64,000 bases of DNA from the human T2T-CHM13v2.0 reference genome, Homo sapiens. This document shows positions 26,645 through 42,765 of the stretch, one piece after another (positions within the stretch are counted from its first letter, which is position 1; every line of letters begins with the position of its first letter). The position numbers and the translations under genes are program-made. Where the stretch lies: the NCBI RefSeq assembly GCF_009914755.1, contig NC_060936.1; one strand, 5' to 3'. The notes under the pieces were generated by a model. It did no database searches. It had not been told where the DNA came from and saw nothing but the letters and a program-made list of their open reading frames with translations.

Positions 26645-27650
26645 ATGGGGAAAAAACAGAGCAGAAAAACTGGAAACTCTAAAAAGCACAGTGCCTCTCC
26701 TCCTCCAAAGGAACGCTTTCCTCACCAGCAGTGGAACAAAGCTGGACCGAGAATTACTTCAACGAGTTGAGAGAAGAAGGCTTCAGACCATCAAACTACT
26801 CCAAGCTACAGGAGGAAATTCAAACCAAAGGCAAAGAAGTTAAAACTTTGAAAAAAATTTAGACGAATGTATAACTAGAATAACCAATACAGAGAAGTGC
26901 TTAAAGGAGCTGATGGAGCCGAAAGCCAAGGCTCGAGAATTACGTGAAGAATGCAGAAGCCTCAGGAGCTGTTGAGAACAACTGGAAGAAAGGGTATCAC
27001 TGATGGAACATGAAATGAAGTGTGAAGGGAAGTTTAGAGAAAAAAGAATAAAAAGAAAATAACAAAGCCTCCAAGAAATATGGGACTATGTGAAAAGACC
27101 AAATCTACGTCTGATTGGTGTACCTGAAAGTGATGGGGAGAATGGAACCAAGTTAGAAAACACTCTGCAGGATATTATCCAGGAGAACTTCCCCAATCCA
27201 GCAAGGCAGGCCAACATCCAGATTCAGGAAATACAGAGAACACCACAAAGATACTCCTCAAGAAGAGCAACTCCAAGACACATAATTGTCAGATTCACCA
27301 AAGTTGAAATGAAGCAAAAAACATTAAGGGCAGCCAGAGAGAAAGGTTGGGTTACCCACAAAGGGAAGCCCATCAGACTAACAGTAGATCTCTCGGCAGA
27401 AACTCTACAAGCCAGAAGACAGTGAGGGACAATATTCAACATTCTTAGAGAACAGAATTTTCAACCCAGAATTTCATATCCAGCCAAACTAAGCTTCATA
27501 AGTGAAGGAGAAATAAAATACTTTACAGACAAGCAAATGCTGAGAGATTTTGCCACCACCAAGCCTGCCCTAAAAGAGCTTCTGAAGGAAGCACTAAACA
27601 TGGAAAGGAACAACCGGTACCAGCCACTGCAAAATCATGCCAAAATGTAA
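26645..27650 (+). pseudogene. L1 ORF1p, disrupted
   Basis: atggggaaaaaacag...aaaatgtaa; frameshifts and stops; 111-aa fragment KRPNLRLIGVPE. Confidence 0.92.
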
Positions 27651-27713
27651 AGACCATCGAGGCTAGGAAGAAACTTCATCAACTAACTAGCAAAATAACC
27701 AGCTAACATCATA

Positions 27714-29320
<1,607 letters not shown>

Positions 29321-29644
29321 TAAATTTAATATGACAAATGTGGTTATGTCATAACAATGATTTCAACTTTCAATAAGAAAAATACCACTTCTAAAAATAT
29401 GTGGTCCAGTTTTTATAAAATATCCAGTAAAATGTGATTAAAAAAAAAAGCTTAACTTAAAAAGCCACATTTTTAGACTAATAGCTTTTTGTATTGAACA
29501 GGAAAATTATAACTGGTACTTTTCATTTCTTTGCATATACCCCCTACAAACATGTGATAAATGCATCATTATGACTTGCTTTTATTTATGCCACAGATCT
29601 GAAGCAAAAAATACATTTTCGTATCTAATCCAAGAAGTTATAAA

Positions 29645-29780
29645 AGTCATTCATTCGTCAATTCAACATGTACTCATTGGATAACTGGTATGTGTTGAGC
29701 ACTGTGCTGGGAATAAGAACAATGGTGAATAGATCCAAGCTTCTAAGGTACTCCCAAGTTTCTTACAGAAATCAGACATG
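29645..29780 (-). mobile_element. L2 3' end relic
   Basis: cattcattc...tatgtgttgagcactgtgctggg...atggtgaa. Confidence 0.65.
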
Positions 29781-30441
29781 AAAATATTTTCTTAAAATGT
29801 ACAACATGTAGCTATAAAATATCCAAAACACATTCACATACACCTAAATGAATGAACAAGTTCACATTTCTATTTAATGTATAGTGTGGTGGTGTGAGTG
29901 GGAGAAACAAAGGATTGAACTGTTAGATAAAAAATAATTTTATGAGAGACTATATTCGGTCTTAAGGAGAATGAAGATGAGAATAGTGTGATTCAGGGTA
30001 ACTCATTTAAGATACTGAGTGTCATGCAGTGTTAGGGGTAGAATTGAAAGACATTTATGCAGAGATTTAAAATTGATATTTTTTCCAAGAAGTAGGAATA
30101 TAATCCAATGAAATCATTTTGTCTCTTTACCCAATGAGCACTGAAGAAATAACTTATTTCTTAATGTGGAAAACATTTACTCTATAGCTGCTTTTTGGCC
30201 AAACATGGTTATAAATGGACACAGGTAAAGAATTAGTCTGAAGTACTGGAAAATATTTGTGATGATACGGAAAAAATTGGAGATAACCCTGCATTAATAA
30301 TTTTGAAAACCACAGCAATGTATTAGTGAATGCATGCATCAGCAAATTTGTTTTACTATGTTTTTCAGTCACAGTATGTTGTTTTCACATATTACATTAG
30401 TCAGATCGAGGCAGAAAGACATCGTCCACACAAAGCGTTAA

Positions 30442-30798
<357 letters not shown>

Positions 30799-31737
30799 TA
30801 GTTGCAACTAATATTGGAAGAATTTGATGGTGAGACAAAGTAGACTTTTATGAAAGAACAAAAGCTTTAGTGGGCTATAGCCCACTCAAAAAAGAGAAAA
30901 AAAAATGAACAAAGCAATACAAGAAACTTCTGACAGATCAATAGATGCATACCAGACGCCTAGTGTCTAATTTCATTTCCTTAGGAAAGAGATCATATCT
31001 GGAAGAGCAGCTACAGATAAAGTCACCTCCTAATTAAGCTTAAAAAATGCAATCTGTTCAATATTTATTTGGCTTTTTCTAAAGCCAACTTTTTTAACAC
31101 TTTAATGATGACACTAATCTTGTCAGTTCCCTGAGAGATACAATATTGCTTTTGCTATATGATACTGGAGGAATAGTCTTTGAGGAACTACCTTTTTGCT
31201 CCTTCTTGTCAAAATAACATGCAGTTCATAGGTCAGGGAGTCAATATGGGAATATTTTTCAGTTGCTGAACATGTCTATTAAACTACACATTCAGGAATG
31301 AAGAGCGTAACTATAAGAAGAATCTGAAGATTCATTCACCCATTATGATATGGAGTTGGGTCAAAATTACACTTAGTAATTTTGCAATTAATAAGCATCT
31401 ACTCTGAATTTCATAACAGTGAAATTTTGTCTTTACATTGATTAGTGCTAATTCAGAGCAAGTGACTAATAATTTTCTAAAACTCTGCATATGTTCCTTA
31501 TGTAGTACTCTAGAAAATATTGCAGGTCCCTTTGGGGAAGGTTTGTGGGAAATTTTAGTATAAATTGTGACAGTGGATATTTTTCTGAAAATAAGCTGGC
31601 CTCCCATTCATTTAAAGGTCTCTAAATAGGCCTAAGTATGTGAATGGGGAAAGAGGCTATGACTGACTCTGTCATGATGAGGAAAGGAAGGTCATGCTCG
31701 GTGAACCTAGTATTTAATTAATATGTCAGCAGGTAGC

Positions 31738-31850
31738 TTTTTAAAACTTTTATTTTAAGTTCAGAGGTACATGTGCAGATTTGTTACTTAGGAAAATTTA
31801 TGTCACTGCGGTTTGTTGTACAGATTATTTCATCACCCAAGTATTAAACC
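31738..31850 (-). mobile_element. Short L1PA/PB 3' end
   Basis: aacttttattttaagttcagaggtacatgtgcag...ttattttcatcaccca. Confidence 0.8.
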
Positions 31851-34149
31851 TTTTGATTTTTTAGGACAACATGATAATTTTGTCACTGCCACAGATCTTT
31901 AAGGGTCAATTCACTGATTTCCACTTCACTGCTTATACACATTATTACAATTGCACCTGCTGACTAAATGCTACTATTCAAACTTTGCTACTCTGGGATA
32001 TCAATTCCCATTGAAATCAGAACACGATTCCAACTTTGGCATCATGAGCCATCACTTCAGTTCACTACAATCAGCTAATACAAGGATTCCAAGAATTCTG
32101 TTGTTATCTTCTCTAATAAATTTTTCATTGATTAGTGAAAAGGTGTGCTTGGAGCCTTCCCAAGGACGTAATTTTGGGGTGGTTAGTGGGCTTTCCATTT
32201 CAACATTCCTCTAATTACCAATTCTGAGGCAAGAAATAGTGGTAAAGTTGAGTATGATCAATATTTCCCTCCAAACAAATATCTCAGGTAAACCTATTAC
32301 AGCATCTTTAGAAAGGGACGCTTGTCTCCTCAGATGGTGAAGGAAAGGTGTATCTGCTGGCAGACAGTTTTCAGTAGAATTTGCTCAAGTTTTTTTAGAT
32401 TAATCTGTCTTCTCAATTTTTCTCATTTCAATAATCAGGTTTTAATTTTCCCAAGGCAATGCCGCAATAATAACATAAAAACATTTAAGTGCTATACATT
32501 TGAGTTGCATTTTAATTCTATAATCGGTCTAATTGGATTTTGGGTCAAACTTTTAGACATGTCTGCCTTATAGCTACCGAAAAGTAAGAAACTTATTTAA
32601 GGACATGATAAGAAATCATTTATTCTCTAATATCTTGAGATGGAAATTTAAAAGTCTGGGACTGTCATTATGATTTTTTAAGTTCTTTACATGTGTGAGA
32701 AGCAGCCAGCAAATACTTAACATCTCAAAGCTCACCCCTGAATTGACCTTTCATCCCAAACAAGAAAAGATGACCACTATAGGCAATCCTGCTGCATCGG
32801 CATGCCACATGTTACTGGCATCACATTTTCCTTTAGCAAAAAAGCTGTGATGTGATCAAGCTCCATAAGGAGAAATACAATCCTCTAGAATCCTCTGCTG
32901 AAAGTCTCTTTTGTGGAATCACTCCTGTTATTAAGACTGTATTAATAAAGATCTAATTAGAAAGCAGACCCCATTTTAGATAATTTAATAGACTGGTGTA
33001 GTTACAAAAAAGATGGAAGACCTGGAAAGCCAAAAAAGAAATGAGGAGCCAACCAAAGATTAGTAACATCAGGAGACCATGGTCACTTTGGAGGAACTAA
33101 AGAGGGAAATGATCTGATCAGAATGAGCACCAGCCAGTGGTAATTGGAAATATTGTGGACTGCCTAATGAGAATTGAAACATTTGGAGGAGAAACAGAGT
33201 GAGTCCTGGTTATTTCCCTGCTTCATACCCTCCAGACAGTTGATTGTGTTTTTGTTGGCTGAAGTCAATTAGAATAATTTTCAAGGAATCCTTGGAAGAG
33301 TAATTTGAAGGATTCAGTGCATTGCCCATCAATGCAGATTAGATTGGGTGAAGTTCAGGGAATGTATTGAGACCAAATGGAGGAGGGCAAGATACCCAAT
33401 TTTGCAACCACTCTTCAAAGGTTATAGAGTATTTGAGTTCTTCAGAGGTCATCACAGCCTTTTTAAAAACCAAACAAACAAAAACATTATTGTTCCTGGA
33501 AGACAGATTACCTTGACTCAATGATTTCCTTGGTATTCAGTTACACGATCTAATTATGTCTACTTGAATCCTGAAGTTCTTGTTTCTATTTTTAATCTGG
33601 TGATTTGAAAACAATTTCCACTGGGTTTGTTAGCTGACAAAGTGGGCATAAAACATAGTCATGCCCATTTTTAACCTTGACTTCTCAGAGTTAGTACAGT
33701 GGTACTTTGCATTCTTACTTGATGTATGTGTCACATCTTAAAATCATTGATACATAACCTGGAGGCTTCTGTTTCCTCTCTAATACCTTCCCTATACCAG
33801 CTTTGATCTCCTGTATTATTCTAAATCATCAGAGTATCTTTCTTTATGAAATAGACATCCTGTTCATGAAGAAACGAACTCATCCTGGATAAAGTTAACA
33901 ACTTTATAATAGTGAATTTAATTCATAGTGAATATTTCAAGAACTTATTTCATATTTGAGAAAGAGACACCAGTTAGAAACCAAAAAGCATTTGATTCTT
34001 CCCATTTGCTTATCTCAGTCACTCCATCAAGGAACTGCATGGAGTAGATGTATATATTTTGGAAGCTTCTTATTACCATATTGTGAAATAAAATTATGAG
34101 TATATCAAGGACATATATTAGTACAGTACCAGAACTAAAGGCAGGAGGC

Positions 34150-34310
34150 AATGTAGCAAGTGGAAATGTAATAGACTTTGCAGCCAGGTGACTCTAGGTT
34201 TGGAAATTGGCTCTATGACCCACTTAATATGCAATCTTGGGAAGGTAATTTTACATATTTCATATAACTGTGTTTCTTCAGACAGAGGAAAATTAGTGTC
34301 AATAATAGCT
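34150..34310 (+). mobile_element. MIR relic
   Basis: agactttgcagccag...ctaggtttggaa...ggctct...tcttgggaag. Confidence 0.6.
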
Positions 34311-35067
34311 AAATTTTAATTATTATAAAAAATAACTTATATGTATATAATTATATATTATAGCAACTTACATATGTTATAAGGGTTAATTTATTATACA
34401 CACATACACACACATATATATGTATACACATGCATATTGTTGTAGTGCATAATATTTTATGTTTGATTAATAACTTGTCCAAATCATTATAATTAGTGGT
34501 ATACTGATAATGTGAATTACTTCAGACTGTGATCCTCAACCTCTTCATTGTGATAACAGTGAGATTGGGGATTAACTAATTCAGCCTTCTTCTTAAGATG
34601 GTAAAGGGACTTCCAATCCATTATTGAGTTCCTACTATGTGATATATTAATTATGGCATTTTAGGGAAACAATTTATGTAATTAGGAGCAAGAAAAGTTA
34701 TTACTGGATAAAAAGCTTATGATCAGGTAATCTAAAGTATAGTTAGGGTTAAGAAGAATTAAGATAAGCCATATTTATAAGATCATAAAATATCAGAAGA
34801 GATATAATCTAGTTTTTCTTTGCTGATTTTTATTACAGTTACCTCATTATGTTACCCCAGAAATCAATATTATAGATATAACATGTTTCCATTATCTTAA
34901 GTATGGGTCCACAATTTCTTCTTTAAAATGTTTGGAACCATATATGTGCTTTAGGACTCAGAAAATTTTTAATAAAACAAACCATAATATTAGACAGCAA
35001 TTTTAACAAGTTTCTTGATACCTAATTTATGTGTCATAAAGTTCAACCACTTAAAATGTATGATTCA

Positions 35068-35152
35068 CGCTTGAACCCGGGAGGAGGAAGTTGCAGTGAG
35101 TGAAGATCATGCCACTGCACTCCAGCCTGGGCGACAGAGTTAAAAAAAAAAA
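35068..35152 (+). mobile_element. Alu 3' fragment (85 bp)
   Basis: cgcttgaacccgggagg...cctgggcgacagag plus A tail; TSD gtatgattca on both sides. Confidence 0.93.
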
Positions 35153-36297
35153 GTATGATTCAGTGGTTTTTAGTGTATTTACAGAGTTGTGGACACTGTA
35201 TTCTAATTTTAGAACATTTCAATCATCCCAAAGAGAAAACTTGTATTCATTAGCAGTCATTTCCCTTCCCATCCCGGATACCTCACCCCTACTTTAACTC
35301 TAGGTAGCAGTAATTTCCTACTGTCTGTCTACTAAGGATTTGCTATATCTACCTTATGTCTACTGTATCTAATTTTTATCTCAATAGATTAGCTTAAATG
35401 AGATCATACAATATGTGGTCTTTTTTGACTTGCTTTTTTACCTAGCACTTTTTTTTAGATTAGTCATTGTGGTAGCATATCTCAGTACTTTATTCATTAC
35501 TTCATCAGCAGTGTTGAATAACTGTCAAACTATTTTTACAAAGTAGCTGCACCATTTTATGTTCCCATAAAAAATGTATGTATGTTCAATTATTCCACAT
35601 TCTTGTGAATACTTGTTATTGTCTACTTCTGTGAGTATGGCCATCCAAGTGAGTGTGATATCACATGTGGTTTTGATTTGCATTTTCCTAATGACATAAT
35701 TTTGCATACATTCATGTGATTATTAGTCATTCGTGTCTCTTCTTTGTAGAAATATCTATGAAAATCCTTTAATTTTGTTACGGATTATTTTTCTTTTATT
35801 ATTGAGTTATATGAGTTATTTATATTTTCTGGATATTATTTCATTTATAGATATATACTTTGCAAGTATTTTCTCCCTTTTCATGGGTATTATTTCACTT
35901 TCTTTATGGTCTTCTTTGAGGCAAAAAACATTTATTTTTGATAAGCCATCTTACCACCTTCTTTGTATTGCTTATGCTTTTGGTGTCATACCTAAGAAAT
36001 AATTTCCTAACTCTAGGTTAAAAATATCTACTCTTATGTTTTCAATAAGTATCTTATTGCTTTGGTTCTTAGTTTTAGGCTCATGACTTACTTTTAGTTA
36101 TTGTTTTGTGTATGGTATTAGGTATGGGACCCAACTTATTCTTTTGCATGTGAATATCCAATTGTCTCAGCACCATTTATTTAAAATATTACTCTTCTCC
36201 CATTACCTCAGATACTTTGTCAAAAATCACTTGACCTGAAGAGTTAGGGTTTTCTCTTTACTCTCAATTCTATTTCACAGATCTAAATGTCTATCTT

Positions 36298-36611
36298 CTT
36301 TTTTTTTTGGTGGGGGAGGGTAGGTGCAGGGGATGGAGTCTTGCCCTGTCACCCAGGCTGGAGTGCAGTGTGTGATCTCAGTTCACTGCAACCTCCGCCT
36401 CCAAGATTCAACAATTATCCTGCCTCAGCCTTCCGAGTAGCTGGGATTACAGGTTTGAGCCACCACGCCTGGCTAATTTTTTAATGTTTTTAGTAGAGAC
36501 GGGGTTTCACCATGTTATCCAGGCTGGTCTTGAACTACTGACCTCAAGTGATCTGCCCATCTCGGCCTCCCAAAGTGCTGGAATTACAGTGGTGAGCTAC
36601 TGCGCCAGGCC
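36298..36611 (-). mobile_element. AluSx/Sz-like, full length
   Basis: TSD ctaaatgtctatctt/ctaaatgtctgtctt. Confidence 0.95.
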
Positions 36612-36869
36612 CTAAATGTCTGTCTTTATGCTAGTATCACACTTTCTTGATATGGCAACCTCTAGCTATATTCTTTCTCTAAATTGTTTGGGCATCTGCT
36701 CTCCTTGCATTTGCAAATGAATTTTAGAATCAGTTTGTCAATTTATTTTAAAAATCTGAGATTTCTATGGGAATTGTAATGAATCTTTAGATCAATTTGA
36801 GAAATATTTTCATCTTAACAACATTGAGTCATCTGATCTGTGAACATGAGATATCTTTCAGTGGTATAT

Positions 36870-37850
36870 TTTAAGATGTGATGCAAATTGCAGCAAACAT
36901 TTAAAATAGACATTAAAAATAAGGAATTCTTCATAAAACAAAAGCTAACAGGGTGCAAGGGGACTCCACAGAATGATAAAACATATTTGTAACATATCTG
37001 ACAACAAACTTCACGTATCTAGAATGTATAAATATATGAAGAACCAGCAATCAAGAAGACAGATAATCCAATAGATAAATGAACAAATATTCAATAAATA
37101 CTTCAAAAACATGATATCTGAATTGCCAATAAATATATAAAAAGTGTTTAATTGTAGCCATTGGGGAGAAACAAATTAAAACCACTATGTGATACTACTT
37201 ATAGGAATGACTAAAATGAAAAAGATGAAAATACCGCCTTTTAGTGAAATTAAGAACAATCAAAACTCTGATCCTTTCCAAAGGAGAACAATCAGAACTC
37301 TAATATTGTTCAGATTCTAGTTTCAAATGGTCTAGCTACTTTGAAACACAGTACAGCAGATCAACTAAAGCTGAACATATGCACATCTTATGACCAACAG
37401 TCCCATTTCTTGCCAATGCCCATTAACAGACATGTAAAACAAAGTTAACAGCACAGTTGTAATAGCTTAAAACTGGAAACTACCTAAATTACAATTAGTA
37501 GTGAAATAGATAAAAAAAAATCAACTTACAGACACAATGGATATTATACAACAATTTGAATGAATTACCTACAACTATACAAGTCATTATGAGTGAACCT
37601 TGCTGAGAGAAATCCAACACAAAGAGCATGCAATATATTATTCCGGTAGTATAAAATGGAATCAGAAAAATATCCAACCTATGCTAATGGAAATCAGCAT
37701 AGATTACCCTTAGTAATGCAATGATTCAATGGCAGTGCCTCAAGGGGAACATGAGGGACTTCTGAGGTGCTGGTAATTGTGTATGTGTAAATTTAATCAA
37801 ATTACGCATGTTAGGGGCCTAATTTGTTTCCCCAATATTTATATGTTGAA
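36870..37850 (+). mobile_element. Old L1ME/MC 3' region
   Basis: atatttgtaacatatctgacaa; caaattaaaaccactatg; aaactggaaactacctaaa. Confidence 0.75.
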
Positions 37851-37944
37851 ATTTAAAACATGTATTATATATCTATATAAAACATGTATTATATATATAA
37901 TATATTTTATATATATATATATTATATGTATATATGTATCTGAC

Positions 37945-38237
37945 ACAGAGAGAGAGAGACAGAGTCTGCTATTGCCCAGGCTGGAGGGCAGTGGTGGGAA
38001 CATGGCACACTGCAGCCTTGACCTCCTGGGCTCAAGGGATCCTCCCACCTCAGCCTCTCAAATAGCTGGGACCACAGGTGTGTGCCACCATGTCCAGCTA
38101 ATTTTATTTTTAAATTTTTTGTAGAGACAGTGTCTCACTGTTGCTTAGGCTGGTCTCAAGCTGCTGGACTCATACAATCCTCTCATCTTGGTCTCCCTAA
38201 GTGTGGGGATTGCAGACAGAAGCCACTGCATCCAGCC
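37945..38237 (-). mobile_element. AluJ
   Basis: gcagccttgacctcctgggctcaagggatcctcccacc (J diagnostic); TA-rich decayed tail to the left. Confidence 0.92.
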
Positions 38238-38244
38238 TTAAAAT

Positions 38245-38660
38245 TATAAGCTGAATTACCTCAGTGTGTGTACCCATACTTATATTTAGTATGGGTATCC
38301 CAGTACCCCCAGTTGTGACTGTGTTTGTAAATAAAAGCTTTAAAGAGGTAGTTGAGTTCAAATGAAGCCATTAAGGTAGGCCTTAATCCAATATGACTAT
38401 TATCTTTACCCAAAAAAAAAGGATATTAGATTAGGCAGGCACCACAGACACCAGGAACCAACATGAGCAGAGGAAAAACCATGTTAGGAAACAGGGAGAA
38501 AACGACCATTGACAAGCCAAGGAGAGAGTCTTCAGAAGGAACCAATCCTGCCAACGTCTTGATCTTGGACTTCTACTCTGCAGAACTATGAGTAAATAAA
38601 TTACTATTGTTTAATATACTCAATCTGCGGTATTTTTTATGGCAGTCCTAGCAATATACA
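38245..38660 (+). mobile_element. MLT1B/C-like LTR
   Basis: ccttaatccaatatgact; caagccaaggagagag; ttgatcttggacttct; tttatggcagtcctagca. Confidence 0.85.
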
Positions 38661-40269
38661 TAGTTTTATGTATATTAAACTGCATTTTACATAATAAGTT
38701 TAAATTTCTTTTTACTTATTATGACACATATACCATTTACTATGTAATTCTTAGAAAAGTCTAGGACAACATTCCCTAACCCCATTAATAAACAGCAAAA
38801 CCTATGAATATTCACATGAAGTGGGATAAATAAAGACTGTAAATAGCCTAAATTCCATTTTTTCTCAGATTTAACTGCTAAATGAGTTTTGGCATCAAAC
38901 TTAAAAATTTTAAAAGAAAATAAAATAATTTCTTCCATTTTTAGAGCTTTGTAGATTTGGAAATGTGGAGGACGCATTGTGGGGCTGGTCAAAAGTCATT
39001 TTAAAATAAATGTACAATGTCTATTTCCAAATGCTGTTCGTCAGTATAATAACATCAATTGCCTTCTCAAATAACTTTGGAATTTTCACAGTGTTGTTTG
39101 AACTACCAGGATCCTTAAAATGTTTTAGGCGCCTTGAGTTACAGCATAGTAAATATAAACACAAGGTCTTTGTGAGAAGACTTAGGGTCTACTGTGAGCC
39201 TTGTAGTATAATACAGTGAATATATTAAAAAGCCCCATAAAGTGAGGCTAAAAGAATAAAATAACTTATGAAATATCATGAAATATGCCCCTAGAAATTA
39301 TACTCCTCTGAGCCCAACTTCAATTTCTAGTAAAACTATAGCTTTACCATAGAAGAGTATTGGGAATATTAAATAGGTTTAAATATATCATGAGTAAAAC
39401 TTGATAGTCTTTTACTAGAATTATAAAATGGGACTGATTGAAAAATAAGACTTTTATCCTTATTCAAAATGTTACTTGATCATGCCTCAGAGAAAAATGT
39501 TCTGATCTCACTTCAGGCTAAGGGAGACATGTTTCATCCTAAGCACCACTAATTAATAAACCCTCTGCTGGTTTCATTTTTATCTTATGTGGTCAAATTC
39601 ATTTGATACTGAAAATAATTTTTTAACTTTTATTTGCTGAACCATATGGTTTCTTATATAAATGAACAATTTCACACATAAAATTGTTACTTCAATAAAT
39701 TACCAAATGCTAGTATATGTCTCTCACAAACTGTGTAATTTGCTTTTCTTTAGGGAGGGTAAGAAGGTGCTGAACATATCTATGTAAAGACTACTCAAAA
39801 ATAGGACTTACGTTAATGTGGGAGGAGACTGGTAGAAGTCTGGGTTAAAGGACGGTTCAACAAGAGAGCAATGACCTTTTGGAGAAGGAAGATGGTATTG
39901 TTAAGCTATCTTTGATATCATTCTAGCCTTCAAAACTTCCTTTTAAAACTCTGTCCTTCTTCAAACATGTATTCCTAATAGGAATTTCTTAAGTGGCAAA
40001 ACTGGTGAGTATATTCATGGCAATTTGTGAATTTTAGTTTTAAAAGTTGAGATCAAGATTTAATATAGAAAATGTTAGAAGAACACATGATTAGACAAAA
40101 TCAGACTGCATATTCTTCTCATATCTTTTAGTTTGGAACAATGATAACCTGGCAGGGATTTCCCTCAGCACCTGGTGAGAGTAGATTACAAATAACTGAG
40201 TCAGTTGTGAAGTCAAAGAGTTCATCTTACAATGTGTGGAAGACCAGGCAAATTTCTTATGCCATATCT

Positions 40270-40455
40270 ATAACTGATGGAGTAACCATTATGTCTACCA
40301 TGTACCACACACTGTGCTGAATCTTACATACAGCACCTCCAATTTATGAAGCAATGGATGTTCAGAATAATTAAGCATCTTGCCTACGTTTCCTAGCATG
40401 CAACTGGCAAACCTGGAATCCGAACCTAGATATTTCTGGTTTCAAAACTCACAGT
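40270..40455 (-). mobile_element. MIR relic
   Basis: ctaccatgtaccacacactgtgct...ctggaatccgaacctag. Confidence 0.55.
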
Positions 40456-40759
40456 GAGAAAATAAATTAGGGGAATGGTGTTATTTGAAAATGAACAGCA
40501 GTGTATGGGAGTTTTGAAATTATTAGTTTGGAGTAAGTTCTAATAAAGTGGGCAAGAGTGAAAGTTCAGGTTGAGGAAGCTGATTCTGAGGGATATTTGC
40601 TCACTAAAAGAAATATTAGATCTGCAAGTAAGTTGACTTTGAGAAATAAGCTGATAACTGACATCTTGTTGAAGGCAAGGATCATATTTTATTCTACTTT
40701 TTGTGATAACCTTTGGTTATTTAATGTGCCTGTGTAATAAAATGCCAGGCTATGAATAA

Positions 40760-41050
40760 AATCATCCCTCAGTATCCACAAGGAATTGGTTCCAGGACCC
40801 CTTCCTAAATACCAAAATCCATTCTCAAGTCTCTTATATGAAATGGCAAGTATTTGTATTTAACATATTAATCTCCTCCCATATGCTTTAAATAATCGCT
40901 ACTTACCTACAATACCTAATACGGTGTAAATAGTATGTAAATAATATTATACTATATCTATTTGTATTATTATTTATTTATTGAATATTTTCAGTTTGTG
41001 ATTTGTTGAATCCGTAGATGAGGAACCTGAGAATATGGACCACCAATTCT
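40760..41050. mobile_element. MER2 (TcMar-Tigger family)
   Basis: tccctcagtatcc...ttggttccaggaccc...ataccaaaatcc...ttgaatccgtagatgaggaacc. Confidence 0.85.
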
Positions 41051-41917
41051 ATTTTGAAGCACCTAGGCATGAGAATATATATCTATATGTATACATGGGA
41101 AAGTATATGCATGTGTGTAAATATATTTATGGACTATAAAATTAAAATCCATATATAAAATATATGTGGGTTATAAAAATAAGAGCATATCTCTTATTTT
41201 ACATATGAAGAAACCAGAGTTCAGAGAGTTGACACGTCTACCTCAGGATTATTAAGTTAATGAGAGAAAAGGCCCAGTTGAAAAAATGTCTCATCTAACT
41301 TTAGGCCAGTATTACGTCACCACTTTTTGGGCATTTGGCTTTGCATATTAAACATCAGGACTGTAGCTTCATGACCCGAGTGTCTCTTGTCCTGTTTTGA
41401 TGACTGGGTTTCCAAAATATAACTCCAAGTTTTAATTCCACTTTTGGATTATGATTTTTCCAACTTCCCATTCTAGTTTGATGTTTTATCAAAGTGTTGG
41501 TTCTTTAAAGTTCACAATGGTAGAGGAATACTCTTAATTAAAATACATTGAGCAGGAAACGTGCCAAAAGTGATAAAGGGGAAAGAAATTAAAAGTCAAC
41601 AGAATAAAACTAAGTAGGGTTTCAGTGTTAATTTTCTCATATATTTGAGAGGTGATGATAAACCTCCCTTTCCCCTTTCTTCCTTTCCTTTTTGCTCCCC
41701 TTCTTCTTTTCCATCTCTTTCTTTATTTTTCTTCCTTCTTTTCTTGTCTTCTTCCTCATTCTTGTTTTATATATTATTTAAATTGAATTATTTCTCAGGG
41801 ATATCATATTACCAAGTGCTGCATCCTTCCTCTCTGCTTGAGATTGGCATAGATTAGTTTATTTAATTTAATCTTTACAACTCTCTGAATTTGTAACTTA
41901 AAAAAAATCTAAAGTGT

Positions 41918-41918
<1 letters not shown>

Positions 41919-41956
<38 letters not shown>
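41919..41956. repeat. (GT)n microsatellite, ~19 units
   Basis: Read directly. Confidence 0.97.
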
Positions 41957-41959
<3 letters not shown>

Positions 41960-42299
41960 CACATTACGACCTTGACATTGTGCCAGATGCTTTAGAACCA
42001 TTATTTCATTTAGTTCTCAAAATAATCGCATGACCTGGGTATTCTCAATATCATCAGTTCCTCAGGAAACTGAGCCCAAGAGTGGGTGAACTAAACTGTT
42101 TAACTCTTTGTAGCAAATTCTTTACTTGGATGCAAACTCAATTCTGTTTGAGTTCTCCTTCCTAACTACTACAATTCTTGCTTGCATCACACTAAAGGCA
42201 GGATCAACATTTGTATTATCCTAATTTGAAAGAAGTCACATAGTAAGTAACTGATTCATGTAGCTAAAATTTCTAATTGATAAGGCAAATTATTTATTC

Positions 42300-42765
42300 A
42301 TAACCAGCTATATTAATTTGATTACATAGTCAAAGGATTACTACAAGTAAGTAAATTGACATACTCATCACCTTCCATTGTTAACCACTTTTGTGTGTAT
42401 GTGTGGTAAGAGCACCTAAAATATTTGTTAGCAAAATTCAATGTATACAATATTGTTAACTGTCATCCTCCTGTGGTACACTAAAGCTTTATGTTTATTC
42501 ATCCCATATAACTGCAAGTTTGTACTCTTTGACTTATTATCTCCCCATTTCCTTCCCCTCTCTTTGCCTAGTACTGACCATTCTGCTTTCTATTTCTATG
42601 TATTGGACTTTTTTTTAAGATTTCACATATAAGTGATAGTACGCAATACTTTTTTTTTTTGGTATCTGGCTTATTTCTCTTAGCATAATGTTCTCCAGGT
42701 TTACCCATGTTCTTGCAAATACCAGTACCTCCTTCTTCTAACACCGAATAGTACTCTACTCTCCA
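42300..42765 (-). mobile_element. L1MA9/10-like 3' end
   Basis: gtggtaagagcacctaaaat; agatttcacatataagtga; ctggcttatttctcttagcataatg. Confidence 0.85.

Larger units (their letters stand above)
35010..36860 (-). mobile_element. Old L1MB/MC 3' region, interrupted by two Alus
   Basis: gattcagtggtttttagtgtatttacagagttgt; tgtggttttgatttgcatt; cttttggtgtcatacctaagaa. Confidence 0.85.

Noticed and set aside
39982-40010. CTG|GTGAGT donor (similar ACA|GTGAGT near 47960)
   Set aside because: No strong upstream acceptor defining a plausible exon
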